Assembly (NCBI GenBank): GCA_951406725.2
Contig: OX597838.1
Location: 30,566,001-30,630,000 of the forward strand
Direction: 5' to 3'
Origin: Octopus vulgaris
Taxonomy: Eukaryota
DNA: 64,000 bases
The translations under genes and the position numbers were made by a program. The notes beneath the pieces were generated by a model. That model had not been told where the DNA came from. It searched no databases and saw nothing but the letters and a program-made list of their open reading frames with translations. This document shows positions 41,046 through 52,855 of this stretch, piece after piece. The stretch's first letter is position 1, and every line of letters begins with the position of its first letter.

Positions 41046-41118
41046 AGGTTCCAGCGAGTTTCGAACTCACGACCTTCAGCGTGTTAAGCAGATGTGATAA
41101 CCACTACACCATGGAACC
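41046..41118 (-). tRNA. tRNA-Val(AAC), U29:U41 mismatch
   Basis: Full length. Confidence 0.82.
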
Positions 41119-41658
41119 AGCTGATAGTATGCTATCAAATATTGCTTTATATGAAAAAGTTGTGGGTTGTACAGAGTTTAATGGTTATTTATTTCTAGAA
41201 AAGTCAATGGAATCTCAGAAATGGTAAATTAACAACAAAAAATTATTTATATTTATTTTCAATTCAGGTTTCGAAACCTGCTGGAGTTGACTTTAACCTC
41301 TACATACTCAGGGTATCATAAAATATTGGTAAAATATTGGTTCTTTTGGTCAAATGTACATCGAGTTTATTACCTGGGCTCTTTTTAGAAATATCTGTCT
41401 GTGTGTCAATATGAGAGATGAAAATTAAAAGACAGTTCAATATTTATTAAGATCAATAATTGCCAGTAGAACAGGTCATTATTGTACTGACCCCTGAGGA
41501 TATAGAATGGAAAGTGAACTGCAGCAAGATTCGAAATGCTAATCTCTCCTTGTTAAGGTACTATTTTTGATACTCCACTGTGTTTTGAAAGCTAACATTA
41601 AACTCTGCACAAAATACTTGTGTATGACAAAACAATATCTAATAAGGCGACAGCATCT

Positions 41659-41731
41659 GGTTCCATGGTGTAGTGGTTATCACATCTGCTTAACACGCAG
41701 AAGGTCGTGAGTTCGAAACTCGCTGGAACCT
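41659..41731 (+). tRNA. tRNA-Val(AAC)
   Basis: Consensus body. Confidence 0.92.
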
Positions 41732-41799
41732 AATTGTTTTATATTTTATTTGTATTTAGTGCCACCACCCTCATTACTGTTGGTGAGGCAAGGGTTGCT

Positions 41800-42118
41800 T
41801 TTTCTCACCGACTTGAACTTGGCATACCAATCACAAGCGGTTCTTTCAGCTATGGCACCCTCTCCGTACACAGCACAAATGTCGCGAGCAGCTTTTGCGG
41901 CCTTAGTACCTTGACTAAAAGCAAAAAGGAGGTGTCGAAAATCCTCGTTTTTCTCAATTTGACATTCCATTTTAATGATCTGGAAATAAACAAAAATTAA
42001 CTAAAATTAACTAGAAATAAAAAAAAAGATTCCAAAATGATTCAAAAATAGAATTCTTGAAAAAATTAAATTCCAAGGTTTAAAAAAACTCGTTGGAAAT
42101 TAGTTGCCAACCCAATAT
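41800..42118 (-). mobile_element. Mariner 5' fragment carried in the duplicated block (also ~54470-54690, 56900-57216, 62390-62695)
   Basis: TIR GTTGCCAACCCAATA; MECQIEKNEDFRHLL...; same family as 25338. Confidence 0.85.
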
Positions 42119-42505
42119 ATGACTTATTTGAAATATGGGGCGAAATATCAGTAACTTATTCATGTATATCACTAGACCCTAACACTTTTAAAGTCATAAA
42201 TTGCAATAGTAAAGCTGGACATATGTCAAATAGAAATTAGAGGGAAATATTCAAATGGCGTGAGATAAATGATTTTCCAAAGATGACATTTAGTGAAGTC
42301 GAAAATGGGATCTCATGATTGCGAAGCCAACGATATAACTTATAGACTAGCTGAGCGTACGACAAGAGGTGTAAAGATCTAGACTCATCACAGCAATAAT
42401 TGAGACAAAAGGTCGTGTACTACAAGAACAACATCAGAATTTCCAGTATCATGGGGTTGAATGCGGTAGAACCTTGTACAAGCAAAGGAAAAAAAAAGTA
42501 GATTT

Positions 42506-42578
42506 AGGTTCCAGTGAGTTTCGAACTCACGACCTTCTGCGTGTGAAGCAGATGTGATAACCACTACACCATGGAACC
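42506..42578 (-). tRNA. tRNA-Val(CAC)
   Basis: Full length, U50:A64. Confidence 0.92.
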
Positions 42579-43105
42579 AGTCGGTAACAAACACCAAATG
42601 TTGCTTTAACAAATACTAATGGTATCTTACGCACAGTTTACAGTTGATTTACTTATAAAAAGACAGTGGAATATAAGATGATAATTTAAGAAGTATTTAG
42701 TTATATTTATTTATAGTGAGGGTTTCGAATCCTGTTGGCGTTCACTGCACCTTCCATGTATTCAGGAGATTATAAAATATTGGTCACTTCTTTTGGTCAA
42801 ATGTACATAGAGTACATCCACTGGGCTCTCTTTAGAAATATCTGTCTGTGCGTCAATGCTAGAGAGAAGATATTGAGAGAAGATCAATATTCATTTCATC
42901 AATATTTATTGCAAAGATCAATAATTATCAATAGATCAGGTCATTATTGTATAAACCCTCAATGCATAAAATGGAAAGTGAACACAACTAGGATTCGAAA
43001 CCCTATACAATTTTTGTTAATTCACCGTTGCTGCTCCAACATTAAATTGTGTATAAGATACATCTTGTGTATGATAAAGCAATATTTGAGAGCACTCAAG
43101 CATCC

Positions 43106-43178
43106 GGTTCCATGGTGTTGTGGTTATCACATCTGCTTAACACGCAGAAGGTCGTGAGTTCGAAACTCACTGGAACCT
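43106..43178 (+). tRNA. tRNA-Val(AAC), A14U
   Basis: Full length; invariant A14 mutated. Confidence 0.75.
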
Positions 43179-43752
43179 GACTTTGCTTTATATATTTTGC
43201 TCGTACATTAACTCACCGTTCGCATTACTGTTGGTACTGCAAGGTGCAGCTGTTTTGTTCCAGTTGTTGTGCCGCTCCACCACCCGGCCGCCACCAATTA
43301 ATATAAAATTAAACGCAGCCATGAATTAAAGTTTTCCACTTTGAAATTTCTCGTTCGAGACACTCAACATTAATTTCACATTATTGCACAAATTCAGCAA
43401 TTTCGACGAGGCGATAAATCGATGACATCGATCCCAGTGATTTGCAGGTGATTATTTTATCGACGCCGAAAGGATAAACGGTAAAGATGCACTTACAGAT
43501 CAATTACATCAACACCCGGCTTCCACCCACCGTATAAATTTCATCAACCCCCAAGGGATGCATGGCAAAATTGACGTCTTTGAAATTTGATCTCAGAAAG
43601 CAAAGCGCCAAGATTAACGCCACATAGGAATTTCTTCGACTCAATAACAATTCGCTTTCCAGTCCTATGTAATAAAACTAACAACAACAAGAACAAGAAG
43701 AAAGAGAGGATGGTTGCGTCCAAAACAAGTAAGAAAAGTAAAAAATAGACTT

Positions 43753-43825
43753 AGGTTCCAGCGAGTTTCGAACTCACGACCTTCTGCGTGTTAAGCAGAT
43801 GTGATAACCACTACACCATGGAACC
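43753..43825 (-). tRNA. tRNA-Val(AAC)
   Basis: Consensus body. Confidence 0.92.
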
Positions 43826-44237
43826 AGACAACTGAGCGCTCAAAAATATTGCTTTATCATACAGAAGTTGTTTCTAATACAGAGTTTAATGTCGTGTTTT
43901 TTTTCAAACTACAGCGGAGTATCAGAATCGATACGTTAACAAGAAGTGTTTCTTTCTTGCCAGGGTTTCGAATCCTACTAGATTCCCTCAAACGTCTATT
44001 GTTTCAGAGGTTCATAAAATAATGACTAGTTCTATTGGTAATTATTAGTCTTCTCAATAGATATCGATCTGATCTCAGTATCTATCTTTAACATTGACAC
44101 AGACAGTAGTGTTCAATGGATAAACTGAAGCCACCGTATATTACTGGTATATATTTTAACGTCACTAGATCATGAAAACTCCAGACCGATTTCACTTACG
44201 TATGACCAGAAAAATATTGAGTGTTGAAGCAGCGAAT

Positions 44238-44310
44238 GGTTCCATGGTGTAGTGGCTATCACGTCTGCTTCACACGCAGAAGATCGCGAGTTCGAAACTC
44301 GCTGGAACCT
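44238..44310 (+). tRNA. tRNA-Val(CAC)
   Basis: Full length, stems intact. Confidence 0.88.
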
Positions 44311-45090
44311 GCACATGTGCTGATTTTTTAAAATTTCTTTCTCCCCGCCAACGATATCATATAATTTCGAATTTTGCAGGAGTTCACTTCACCGTTCATG
44401 CGTTCAGGAATATAAAAGTAACGCCAAGTTCTATTCATAATTATTGACCATCTCAATAAATATTGATCTTTTCTCAGTATCTATCTTTACCGTTGTTGCT
44501 GTTGCTGCTGCTGCTGTTGCTGTTGTTGTTGTTGTTACTGCTGCTGCTGTTGTTGTTGTTGTTGCTGCGTCTGCTGCTGTTGTTGTTGTTGCTGCTGCTG
44601 CTGCAGCTGCTGTTGTTGTTGCTGCTGCTGCTAATCCTTTCATTAAAAAAAATTTCCTTGTAGATATTACCCCCACCAGCATAATCTTTCTTTTGCAATT
44701 GTTGTTGTTTTCAGAACGTTTCATTGTCGTTGTTTTTACTGAGGTAGGGCGTGTCTGGATTGGCAACAATCTCAGCCAATGGACATAATTAAACACAAGC
44801 AGGTATTTAGTCTGTCACATTAAAATTTCTTGGCAGAGAAAGGCCATGAATTTCAGAGAGGACGGCCAGTCGATCACACCGACCTTACTGCTCAAAGGGT
44901 ATTTATTTTATCGACCCCGAAAAAATGAAAGGCAAAGTCATCCTCGGCGGGATTTGAACTCTGAACGTAAAGACGGACGAAATTCCGCAAAGCATTTTGC
45001 CTGGCGCGCTTCTCAGTTTGATCTGTTGCTTGTGTAGATGCTGCTGCTGCTGTTTCTGTTGTTTTGTATAAATACAAAAAAAAAAAGGCT

Positions 45091-45163
45091 AGGTTCCAGC
45101 GAGTTTCGAACTCACGACCTTCTGCGTGTAAAGCAGATGTGATAACCACTACACCATGGAACG
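45091..45163 (-). tRNA. tRNA-Val(TAC), C1:C72 mismatch
   Basis: Full length. Confidence 0.8.
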
Positions 45164-45260
45164 ACCTGCTTTGTGTAAATACAATAAATACAATAAACTA
45201 ATGGCATCAATGCCACACCCAATAAAATCATTAATCTCAGGAGATGAATAAAAAACAGCT

Positions 45261-45333
45261 AGGTTCCAGCGAGTTTCGAACTCACGACCTTCTGCGTGTA
45301 AAGCAGATGTGATAACCACTACACCATGGAACC
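45261..45333 (-). tRNA. tRNA-Val(TAC)
   Basis: Consensus body. Confidence 0.92.
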
Positions 45334-45821
45334 ACCTGCTGCATCTAGCGCAAAATTTTTTCTTATCATATATAAGTGAAATCAATCCGGAGAACTAACT
45401 ATACAACAATGGAGTGTTCTATTATAGAATGAGGGGTGGAAAGCCCATGGAAAAAAAACTGCCGTTGACTACATCATGAGCAACTATAGTTCTTGTTTTC
45501 CTGCTTCCAGTGATGTTAAAATATATACCAGTAATTATCGGTGACTAGAGTTTATCCACTGAACGCTATTTAGAAATATCTGTCTGTGAGTCAAAGTTAG
45601 AGATATAGAGTGAGAGAAGACCAAATATCTATTGCAAAGACCAAAAATTGCGAATGGAACTGGTCCTTATAAACCCCTAAATACATAAAATGGAAAGTGA
45701 ACTCGAGCAGGATTCGAAAACCTAAATACTTTCAGTGTTTTGAAAGATACCTCAACTGTAAACTCTGCGCAAGTTACAACTAATCTACGATAAAATAATA
45801 TTTGATAATACCCAAGCATCT

Positions 45822-45894
45822 GGTTCCATGGTGTAGTGGTTATCACATCTACTTAACACGCAGAAGGTCGTGAGTTCGAAACTCGCTGGAACCT
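45822..45894 (+). tRNA. tRNA-Val(AAC), A30:C40 mismatch
   Basis: Full length. Confidence 0.8.
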
Positions 45895-46751
45895 AATTGC
45901 TTTATATTTTGCTAGTATATAATCATTTCTATTCTAAGCACAAGGCCCAAAATTTTGGGGGTAGGGGCAAGTCAATTAGATGGACTCCAGTATGCAACTG
46001 GTACTTAATTTATCGACCCCGGAAGGATGACAGGCAAAGTCGACCTCGGCGGAATTTGAACTCAGAACGTAAAGACAGACAAAATATCTATTTCTTTACT
46101 ACCCACAAGGGGCTAAACACAGAGAGGACAAACAAGGACAGACAAACGGGTTAAGTCGATTATATTGACCCCAGTGCGTAACTGGTACTTATTTAATCGA
46201 CCCCGAAAGAATGAAAGGCAAAGTCGACCTCGGCGGAATTTGAACTCGGAACGTAAAGACATACGAAATACCACGAAGCATTTCGCTCGGCGTGCTAACG
46301 TTTCTGCCAGCTCGCCGCCATATTTTGCTAGTACATAATGCCACCACCCACATTACTGTTGGTATTGCAAATGCTGTTGTTGACGACGTTTGGTTCCAGT
46401 TGTTGTTGTTGTTGTTACTATTGTGTTGTAGGGTGGGCCCTTTCTGCCGTCACCACAGATGTGGACGGACGGACTCAGCGATATATTAAAATTTGAAAAT
46501 TTGTCAGTAGAGACAATTGGTTTCAAATTTGCGTACAAGGCCAGCAATTTCAGTGGGAGGAGATAAGTCGCTTACATCAACCACAATGCTCAACTGGTAT
46601 GTATTTTATCGACCCCGGCGGTATTTGAACCCAGAACGTAAAGACGGACGAAATGCCGTGAAGCTTTTTACCCAGGGTGCTAACGAATCTGCGAAACTAT
46701 CGCCGTACGTCTTCTATATAATAAAGCAATAATTAAGTGCCGGTCGTGTCT

Positions 46752-46824
46752 GGTTCCATGGTGTAGTGGTAATCACATCTGCTTCACACGCAGAAGGTCG
46801 TGAGTTCGAAACTCACTGGAACCT
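46752..46824 (+). tRNA. tRNA-Val(CAC)
   Basis: Full length, stems intact. Confidence 0.9.
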
Positions 46825-46848
46825 GTCATTTGTTTTCTGTTTTGTTTT

Positions 46849-46900
46849 GACCCTGGGGTTTCTAAGACCCTGGGGTTTCTAAGACCCTGGGGTTTCTAAA
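46849..46900. repeat. 17-bp tandem triplication
   Basis: GACCCTGGGGTTTCTAA x3; single copy at paralog ~52880. Confidence 0.85.
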
Positions 46901-47716
46901 ACAATGGGAATGGAGACCGATATATTTAGTTTCTTGTATTTGCTATAGTTATTGGTGCTAATACCCCCCCCCCCCCGCATTTGTCTTCATCGTCATCGCT
47001 TTTCTCTTAAGACTTAAATAGTAATATCGACCTCGGCCAGATTTTTAAAATAAGAAAGATCTTACTCAAAACAACACTCAGTGAGGGCGAACAGAGGACT
47101 TCATGATTGTGGAGCTAATTACGTAACTATGAACAGCTCTAATACATAATGAGTGGTGTAAAGATCCAGACCGCTGTATAACGGTTTCAATACTCTATTG
47201 AATATTCTTTTCCCTTCATCGTGATATGAATATTTTTGAGAGATTGAAAAACTTAACAATCTCTGGTTTCTATTTCTCTCTCTTTTAAAACTCAGAGAGA
47301 AACCTTTCTGTGAAATGACGACGAAACCTAAAGAAGTGAAGAGAGAGGGAAACTGTAGTGTTCCGGATTAAAGGTTCTCTAGTATTTACATTCCGTTAGC
47401 TTCTTAGTTGTTGTTTCTGATCAAATAGACATGGCTGACATTAAAGTATCACAGCCATGACCATCTCATCTTATCAAACAATCCATCCAAGACTTCAGTA
47501 TCCAGTGGCCTCCCCTCTTATTTCTCTTCTAATTCGTATTTAGTGAGTCTCAAAGTGTTTGATCCTAGATTTACGACCTGGTCACTGATATGTGACAACA
47601 CGTGATAAGGCGGCATCTTCGATCAAAAATGTAGGGCGCGCTGTTGGTCTTTTTGAAGTTGATGCAAATATATCAACGCCTATTCCTATAAAAGTATAAC
47701 TCAAAATGTAAATCTC

Positions 47717-47789
47717 AGGTTCCAGCGAGTTTCGAACTCACGACCTTCTGCGTGTAAAGCAGATGTGATAACCACTACACCATGGAACC
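47717..47789 (-). tRNA. tRNA-Val(TAC)
   Basis: Consensus; part of a 3-copy mini-array. Confidence 0.92.
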
Positions 47790-47886
47790 ACCTGTGTTGT
47801 GTAAATACAATAAATACAATAAACTAATGACATCAATGCCTAACCCAATAAAATCATTAACGTCAGGAGAAGAAAAAAAAGAAGCT

Positions 47887-47959
47887 AGGTTCCAGCGAGT
47901 TTCGAACTCACGACCTTCTGCGTGTAAAGCAGATGTGATAACCACTACAACATGGAACC
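47887..47959 (-). tRNA. tRNA-Val(TAC), G10U
   Basis: Full length; D-stem mismatch. Confidence 0.78.
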
Positions 47960-48047
47960 ACCTGTTTTGTGTAAATACAATAAACTAATGACATCAATGC
48001 CTAATCCAATAAAATCATTAACCCCAGGAGATGAAAAAAATGAAGCT

Positions 48048-48120
48048 AGGTTCCAGCGAGTTTCGAACTCACGACCTTCTGCGTGTAAAGCAGATGTGAT
48101 AACCACTACACCATGGAACC
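48048..48120 (-). tRNA. tRNA-Val(TAC)
   Basis: Consensus body. Confidence 0.92.
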
Positions 48121-49026
48121 ACCTGTGTTGTGTAAATACAATAAATACAATAAACTAATGACATCAATGCCTAACCCAATAAAATCATTAACGTCAGGAG
48201 ATGAAAAAAAAAAGCTATGTTCCAGTATGGAATGGAGACAGATATATTTAGTTTCTTGTATTTGCTATAGTTATTGGTGCTAATAACCCACCCGCATTTG
48301 TCTTCATCGTCAACGCTTTTCTCTTAAGACATAAATAGTAATATCGACCTCGGCCAGATTTTTAAAATAAGAAAGATCTTACTCAAAACAACACTCAGTG
48401 AGGGCGAAGAGAGGACTTCATGATTGTGGAGCTAATTACGTAACTATGAACAGCTCTAATACATAATGAGTGGTGTAAAGATCCAGACCGCTGTATAACG
48501 GTTTCAATACTCTATTGAATATTCTTTTCCCTTCATTGTGATATGAATATTCTTGAGAGATTGAAAAACTTAGAAATCTCTGGATTCTATTTCTGTCTCT
48601 TTTAAAACTCAGAAAGAAACCTTTGTATAAAATGATGACGAAACCAAAAGAAGTGAAGAGAGAGAAACTGTAGTGTTCCGGATTAAAGGTTCTCTAGTAT
48701 TTACATTCCGTTAGATTCTTAGTTGTTGTTTCTGATCAAACAGACATATAATTAAAGTATGTCAGCCATGACCATCTCATCTTATCAAACAATCTATCCA
48801 AGACCTCGGGATCCAGTGGCCTCCCCTCTTATTTCTCTTCCAATTCGTATTTAGTGAGTCTTAAAGTGTTTGATCTTAGATTTACGACCTGGTCACTGAT
48901 ATATGACAACATGTGATAGGCGGCATCTTGGATCAAAAATGTAGGGCGCACTGCTGTCGTTTTTGAAGTTGATGCAAATATATCAACGTCTATTCCTATA
49001 AAAGTTTAACTCAAAAAGAAAATCTT

Positions 49027-49099
49027 AGGTTCCAGCGAGTTCCGAACTCACGACTTTCTGCGTGTAAAGCAGATGTGATAACCACTACACCAAGAAACC
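49027..49099 (-). tRNA. tRNA-Val(TAC) array variant, A58G
   Basis: 5' GGTTTCT; T loop mutated. Confidence 0.65.
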
Positions 49100-49197
49100 A
49101 CATGTTTTCTGTAGATACAATAAATACAATAAACTAATGACATCAATGCCTAATCCAATAAAATCATTAACCTCAGGAGATGAAAAAAAAAAAAGCT

Positions 49198-49270
49198 AGG
49201 TTCCAGTGAGTTTCGAACTCACGACCTTCTGCGTGTAAAGCAGATGTGATAACCACTACACCAAGAAACC
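49198..49270 (-). tRNA. tRNA-Val(TAC) array variant, U73
   Basis: 5' GGTTTCT (U5:G68, U7:U66). Confidence 0.78.
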
Positions 49271-49367
49271 ACATGTTTTCTGTAGATACAATAAATACAA
49301 TAAACTAATGACATCAATGCCTAATCCAATAAAATCATTAACCTCAGGAGATGAAAAAAAAAAAGTT

Positions 49368-49440
49368 TGGTTCCAGTGAGTTTCGAACTCACGACCTTCT
49401 GCGTGTAAAGCAGATGTGATAACCACTACACCAAGAAACC
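49368..49440 (-). tRNA. tRNA-Val(TAC) array variant, A73
   Basis: Array unit. Confidence 0.78.
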
Positions 49441-49531
49441 ACATGTTTTCTGTAGATACAATAAATACAATAAACTAATGACATCAATGCCTAATCCAAT
49501 AAAATCATTAACCTCAGGAGATGAAAAAGTT

Positions 49532-49604
49532 TGGTTCCAGTGAGTTTCGAACTCACGACCTTCTGCGTGTAAAGCAGATGTGATAACCACTACACCAAGA
49601 AACC
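49532..49604 (-). tRNA. tRNA-Val(TAC) array variant, A73
   Basis: Array unit. Confidence 0.78.
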
Positions 49605-49700
49605 ACATGTTTTCTGTAGATACAATAAATACAATAAACTAATGACATCAATGCCTAATCCAATAAAATCATTAACCTCAGGAGATGAAAAAAAAAAGTT

Positions 49701-49773
49701 TGGTTCCAGTGAGTTTCGAACTCACGACCTTCTGCGTGTAAAGCAGATGTGATAACCACTACACCAAGAAACC
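49701..49773 (-). tRNA. tRNA-Val(TAC) array variant, A73
   Basis: Array unit. Confidence 0.78.
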
Positions 49774-49865
49774 ACATGTTTTCTGTAGATACAATAAATA
49801 CAATAAACTAATGACATCAATGCCTAATCCAATAAAATCATTAACCTCAGGAGAAAAAAAAAGTT

Positions 49866-49938
49866 TGGTTCCAGTGAGTTTCGAACTCACGACCTTCTGC
49901 GTGTAAAGCAGATATGATAACCACTACACCAAGAAACC
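49866..49938 (-). tRNA. tRNA-Val(TAC) array variant, A73, C25U
   Basis: Array unit. Confidence 0.75.
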
Positions 49939-50033
49939 ACATGTTTTCTGTAGATACAATAAATACAATAAACTAATGACATCAATGCCTAATCCAATAA
50001 AATCATTAACCTCAGGAGATGAAAAAAAAAGTT

Positions 50034-50106
50034 AGGTTCCAGTGAGTTTCGAACTCACGACCTTCTGCGTGTAAAGCAGATGTGATAACCACTACACCAA
50101 GAAACC
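50034..50106 (-). tRNA. tRNA-Val(TAC) array variant, U73
   Basis: Array unit. Confidence 0.78.
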
Positions 50107-50201
50107 ACATGTTTTCTGTAGATACAATAAATACAATAAACTAATGACATCAATGCCTAATCCAATAAAATCATTAACCTCAGGAGATGAAAAAAAAAGT
50201 T

Positions 50202-50274
50202 TGGTTCCAGTGAGTTTCGAACTCACGACCTTCTGCGTGTAAAGCAGATGTGATAACCACTACACCAAGAAACC
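50202..50274 (-). tRNA. tRNA-Val(TAC) array variant, A73
   Basis: Array unit. Confidence 0.78.
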
Positions 50275-50370
50275 ACATGTTTTCTGTAGATACAATAAAT
50301 ACAATAAACTAATGACATCAATGCCTAATCCAATAAAATCATTAACCTCAGGAGATGAAAAAAAAAAGTT

Positions 50371-50443
50371 TGGTTCCAGTGAGTTTCGAACTCACGACCT
50401 TCTGCGTGTAAAGCAGATGTGATAACCACTACACCAAGAAACC
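50371..50443 (-). tRNA. tRNA-Val(TAC) array variant, A73
   Basis: Array unit. Confidence 0.78.
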
Positions 50444-50539
50444 ACATGTTTTCTGTAGATACAATAAATACAATAAACTAATGACATCAATGCCTAATCC
50501 AATAAAATCATTAACCTCAGGAGATGAAAAAAAAACGTT

Positions 50540-50612
50540 AGGTTCCAGTGAGTTTCGAACTCACGACCTTCTGCGTGTAAAGCAGATGTGATAACCACTA
50601 CACCAAGAAACC
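50540..50612 (-). tRNA. tRNA-Val(TAC) array variant, U73
   Basis: Array unit. Confidence 0.78.
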
Positions 50613-50705
50613 ACATGTTTTCTGTAGATACAATAAATACAATAAACTAATGACATCAATGCCTAATCCAATAAAATCATTAACCTCAGGAGATGAAAAA
50701 AAGTT

Positions 50706-50778
50706 TGGTTCCAGTGAGTTTCGAACTCACGACCTTCTGCGTGTAAAGCAGATGTGATAACCACTACACCAAGAAACC
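50706..50778 (-). tRNA. tRNA-Val(TAC) array variant, A73
   Basis: Array unit. Confidence 0.78.
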
Positions 50779-50872
50779 ACATGTTTTCTGTAGATACAAT
50801 AAATACAATAAACTAATGACATCAATGCCTAATCCAATAAAATCATTAACCTCAGGAGATGAAAAAAACGTT

Positions 50873-50945
50873 AGGTTCCAGTGAGTTTCGAACTCACGAC
50901 CTTCTGCGTGTAAAGCAGATGTGATAACCACTACACCAAGAAACC
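50873..50945 (-). tRNA. tRNA-Val(TAC) array variant, U73
   Basis: Array unit. Confidence 0.78.
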
Positions 50946-51040
50946 ACATGTTTTCTGTAGATACAATAAATACAATAAACTAATGACATCAATGCCTAAT
51001 CCAATAAAATCATTAACCTCAAGAGATGAAAAAAAAAGTT

Positions 51041-51113
51041 AGGTTCCAGTGAGTTTCGAACTCACGACCTTCTGCGTGTAAAGCAGATGTGATAACCACT
51101 ACACCAAGAAACC
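51041..51113 (-). tRNA. tRNA-Val(TAC) array variant, U73
   Basis: Array unit. Confidence 0.78.
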
Positions 51114-51208
51114 ACATGTTTTCTGTAGATACAATAAATACAATAAACTAATGACATCAATGCCTAATCCAATAAAATCATTAACCTCAGGAGATGAAAA
51201 AAAAAGTT

Positions 51209-51281
51209 AGGTTCCAGTGAGTTTCGAACTCACGACCTTCTGCGTGTAAAGCAGATGTGATAACCACTACACCAAGAAACC
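51209..51281 (-). tRNA. tRNA-Val(TAC) array variant, U73
   Basis: Array unit. Confidence 0.78.
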
Positions 51282-51377
51282 ACATGTTTTCTGTAGATAC
51301 AATAAATACAATAAACTAATGACATCAATGCCTAATCCAATAAAATCATTAACCTCAGGAGATGAAAAAAAAAAGTT

Positions 51378-51450
51378 AGGTTCCAGTGAGTTTCGAACTC
51401 ACGACCTTCTGCGTGTAAAGCAGATGTGATAACCACTACACCAAGAAACC
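51378..51450 (-). tRNA. tRNA-Val(TAC) array variant, U73
   Basis: Array unit. Confidence 0.78.
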
Positions 51451-51545
51451 ACATGTTTTCTGTAGATACAATAAATACAATAAACTAATGACATCAATGC
51501 CTAATCCAATAAAATCATTAACCTCAGGAGATGAAAAAAAAAGTT

Positions 51546-51618
51546 TGGTTCCAGTGAGTTTCGAACTCACGACCTTCTGCGTGTAAAGCAGATGTGATAA
51601 CCACTACACCAAGAAACC
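51546..51618 (-). tRNA. tRNA-Val(TAC) array variant, A73
   Basis: Array unit. Confidence 0.78.
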
Positions 51619-51712
51619 ACATGTTTTCTGTAGATACAATAAATACAATAAACTAATGACATCAATGCCTAATCCAATAAAATCATTAACCTCAGGAGAT
51701 GAAAAAAAAGTT

Positions 51713-51785
51713 AGGTTCCAGTGAGTTTCGAACTCACGACCTTCTGCGTGTAAAGCAGATGTGATAACCACTACACCATGGAACC
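51713..51785 (-). tRNA. tRNA-Val(TAC), lead copy of the array with intact acceptor stem
   Basis: 5' GGTTCCA; normal upstream flank. Confidence 0.92.
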
Positions 51786-52305
51786 ACCTGCTGCTTGTAG
51801 CGCAAAATGTTTTCTTATCATATATAGGTGAAATCGATCCGGAGAACTAACTATACAACACAATGGACTGTTCTATTATAGAATGAGGGGTGGAAAGCCC
51901 ATAGAACAAAACCGTCGTTGGCTCCAACATCATGAGCAACTATAGAGCTTGCTTTCCTGCTTCCAGTGATGTTAAAATATATACCAGTAATTATCTGTTA
52001 CTAGAGTTTATCCACTGAACGCTTTTTAGAAATATCTGTCTGTGAGTCAAAGTTAGAGATAAAGAGTGAGAGAAGACCAAATATCTATTGCAAAGACCAA
52101 AAAGTGCGAATGGAACTGGTCCTTATAAACCCCTAAATGCATAAAATAGAAAGTGAACTCGAGCAGGATTCGAAAACCTAAATACTTTTTGTTAATTCAC
52201 CGTTCCTGATTCCCCGCAGTGTTTTGAAAGCTACCTCGACATTACACTCTGCGCAAGTTACAACTAATCTATGATAAAACAATATTTGAAAATAACCAAA
52301 CATCC

Positions 52306-52378
52306 GGTTCCATGGTGTAGTGGTTATCACATCTGCTTAACACGCAGAAGGTGGTGAGTTCGAAACTCGCTGGAACCT
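52306..52378 (+). tRNA. tRNA-Val(AAC), G48 variant
   Basis: Full length. Confidence 0.85.
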
Positions 52379-52782
52379 AATTGCTTTACATTTTGCTCGT
52401 ATATAATCATTTCTATTCTATGCACACGGCCCGAAATTATGGTGGAAGGGGCAAGTAGATTAGATCGACGCCAGTATGCAACTGGTACTAAATTTATCGA
52501 GGTCGATAAATTAAGTACCAGTTTCGCACTGGTGTCGATGTAATCGACTTAATACCTATGTCTGCCCTTGTTTAGCCCCTTGTAGTTAATAAAGAAATAG
52601 GTACTTAATTTATCGACCCCGAAAGGATGAAAGGCAAAGTCGACCACGGCAGAATTTGAACTCAGAACGTAAAGACGGACGAAATGCCGTGAAGCTTTTT
52701 ACCCAGGGTGCTAAAGAATCTGCGAAACTGTCGCCTTACATCTTCTATATAATAAAACAATAATTAAGTGCACGTCGTGTCT

Positions 52783-52855
52783 GGTTCCATGGTGTAGTGT
52801 TTATCACATCTGCTTCACACGCTGAAGGTCGTGAGTTCGAAACTCGCTGGAACCT
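52783..52855 (+). tRNA. tRNA-Val(CAC), probably defective
   Basis: D-loop GG changed to GT; U29:U41 mismatch. Confidence 0.65.

Larger units (their letters stand above)
49027..51785 (-). repeat. Tandem array of 17 ~168-bp units, each a tRNA-Val(TAC) gene plus spacer
   Basis: Near-identical units; differences are mostly T-run length and base 73. Confidence 0.95.

Noticed and set aside
42735-43157. MAFTAPSMYS... ORF repeated at 54761 and 63315
   Set aside because: Lies in the duplicated inter-tRNA spacer, with indels and different ends among copies
49368-51618. GGAACCA ends read as genome-encoded CCA
   Set aside because: These are C71-C72-A73, not positions 74-76
49027-51785. Regular repeat-spacer periodicity resembling a CRISPR array
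   Set aside because: Spacers are identical, the repeats are tRNA genes, there are no cas genes and the context is eukaryotic
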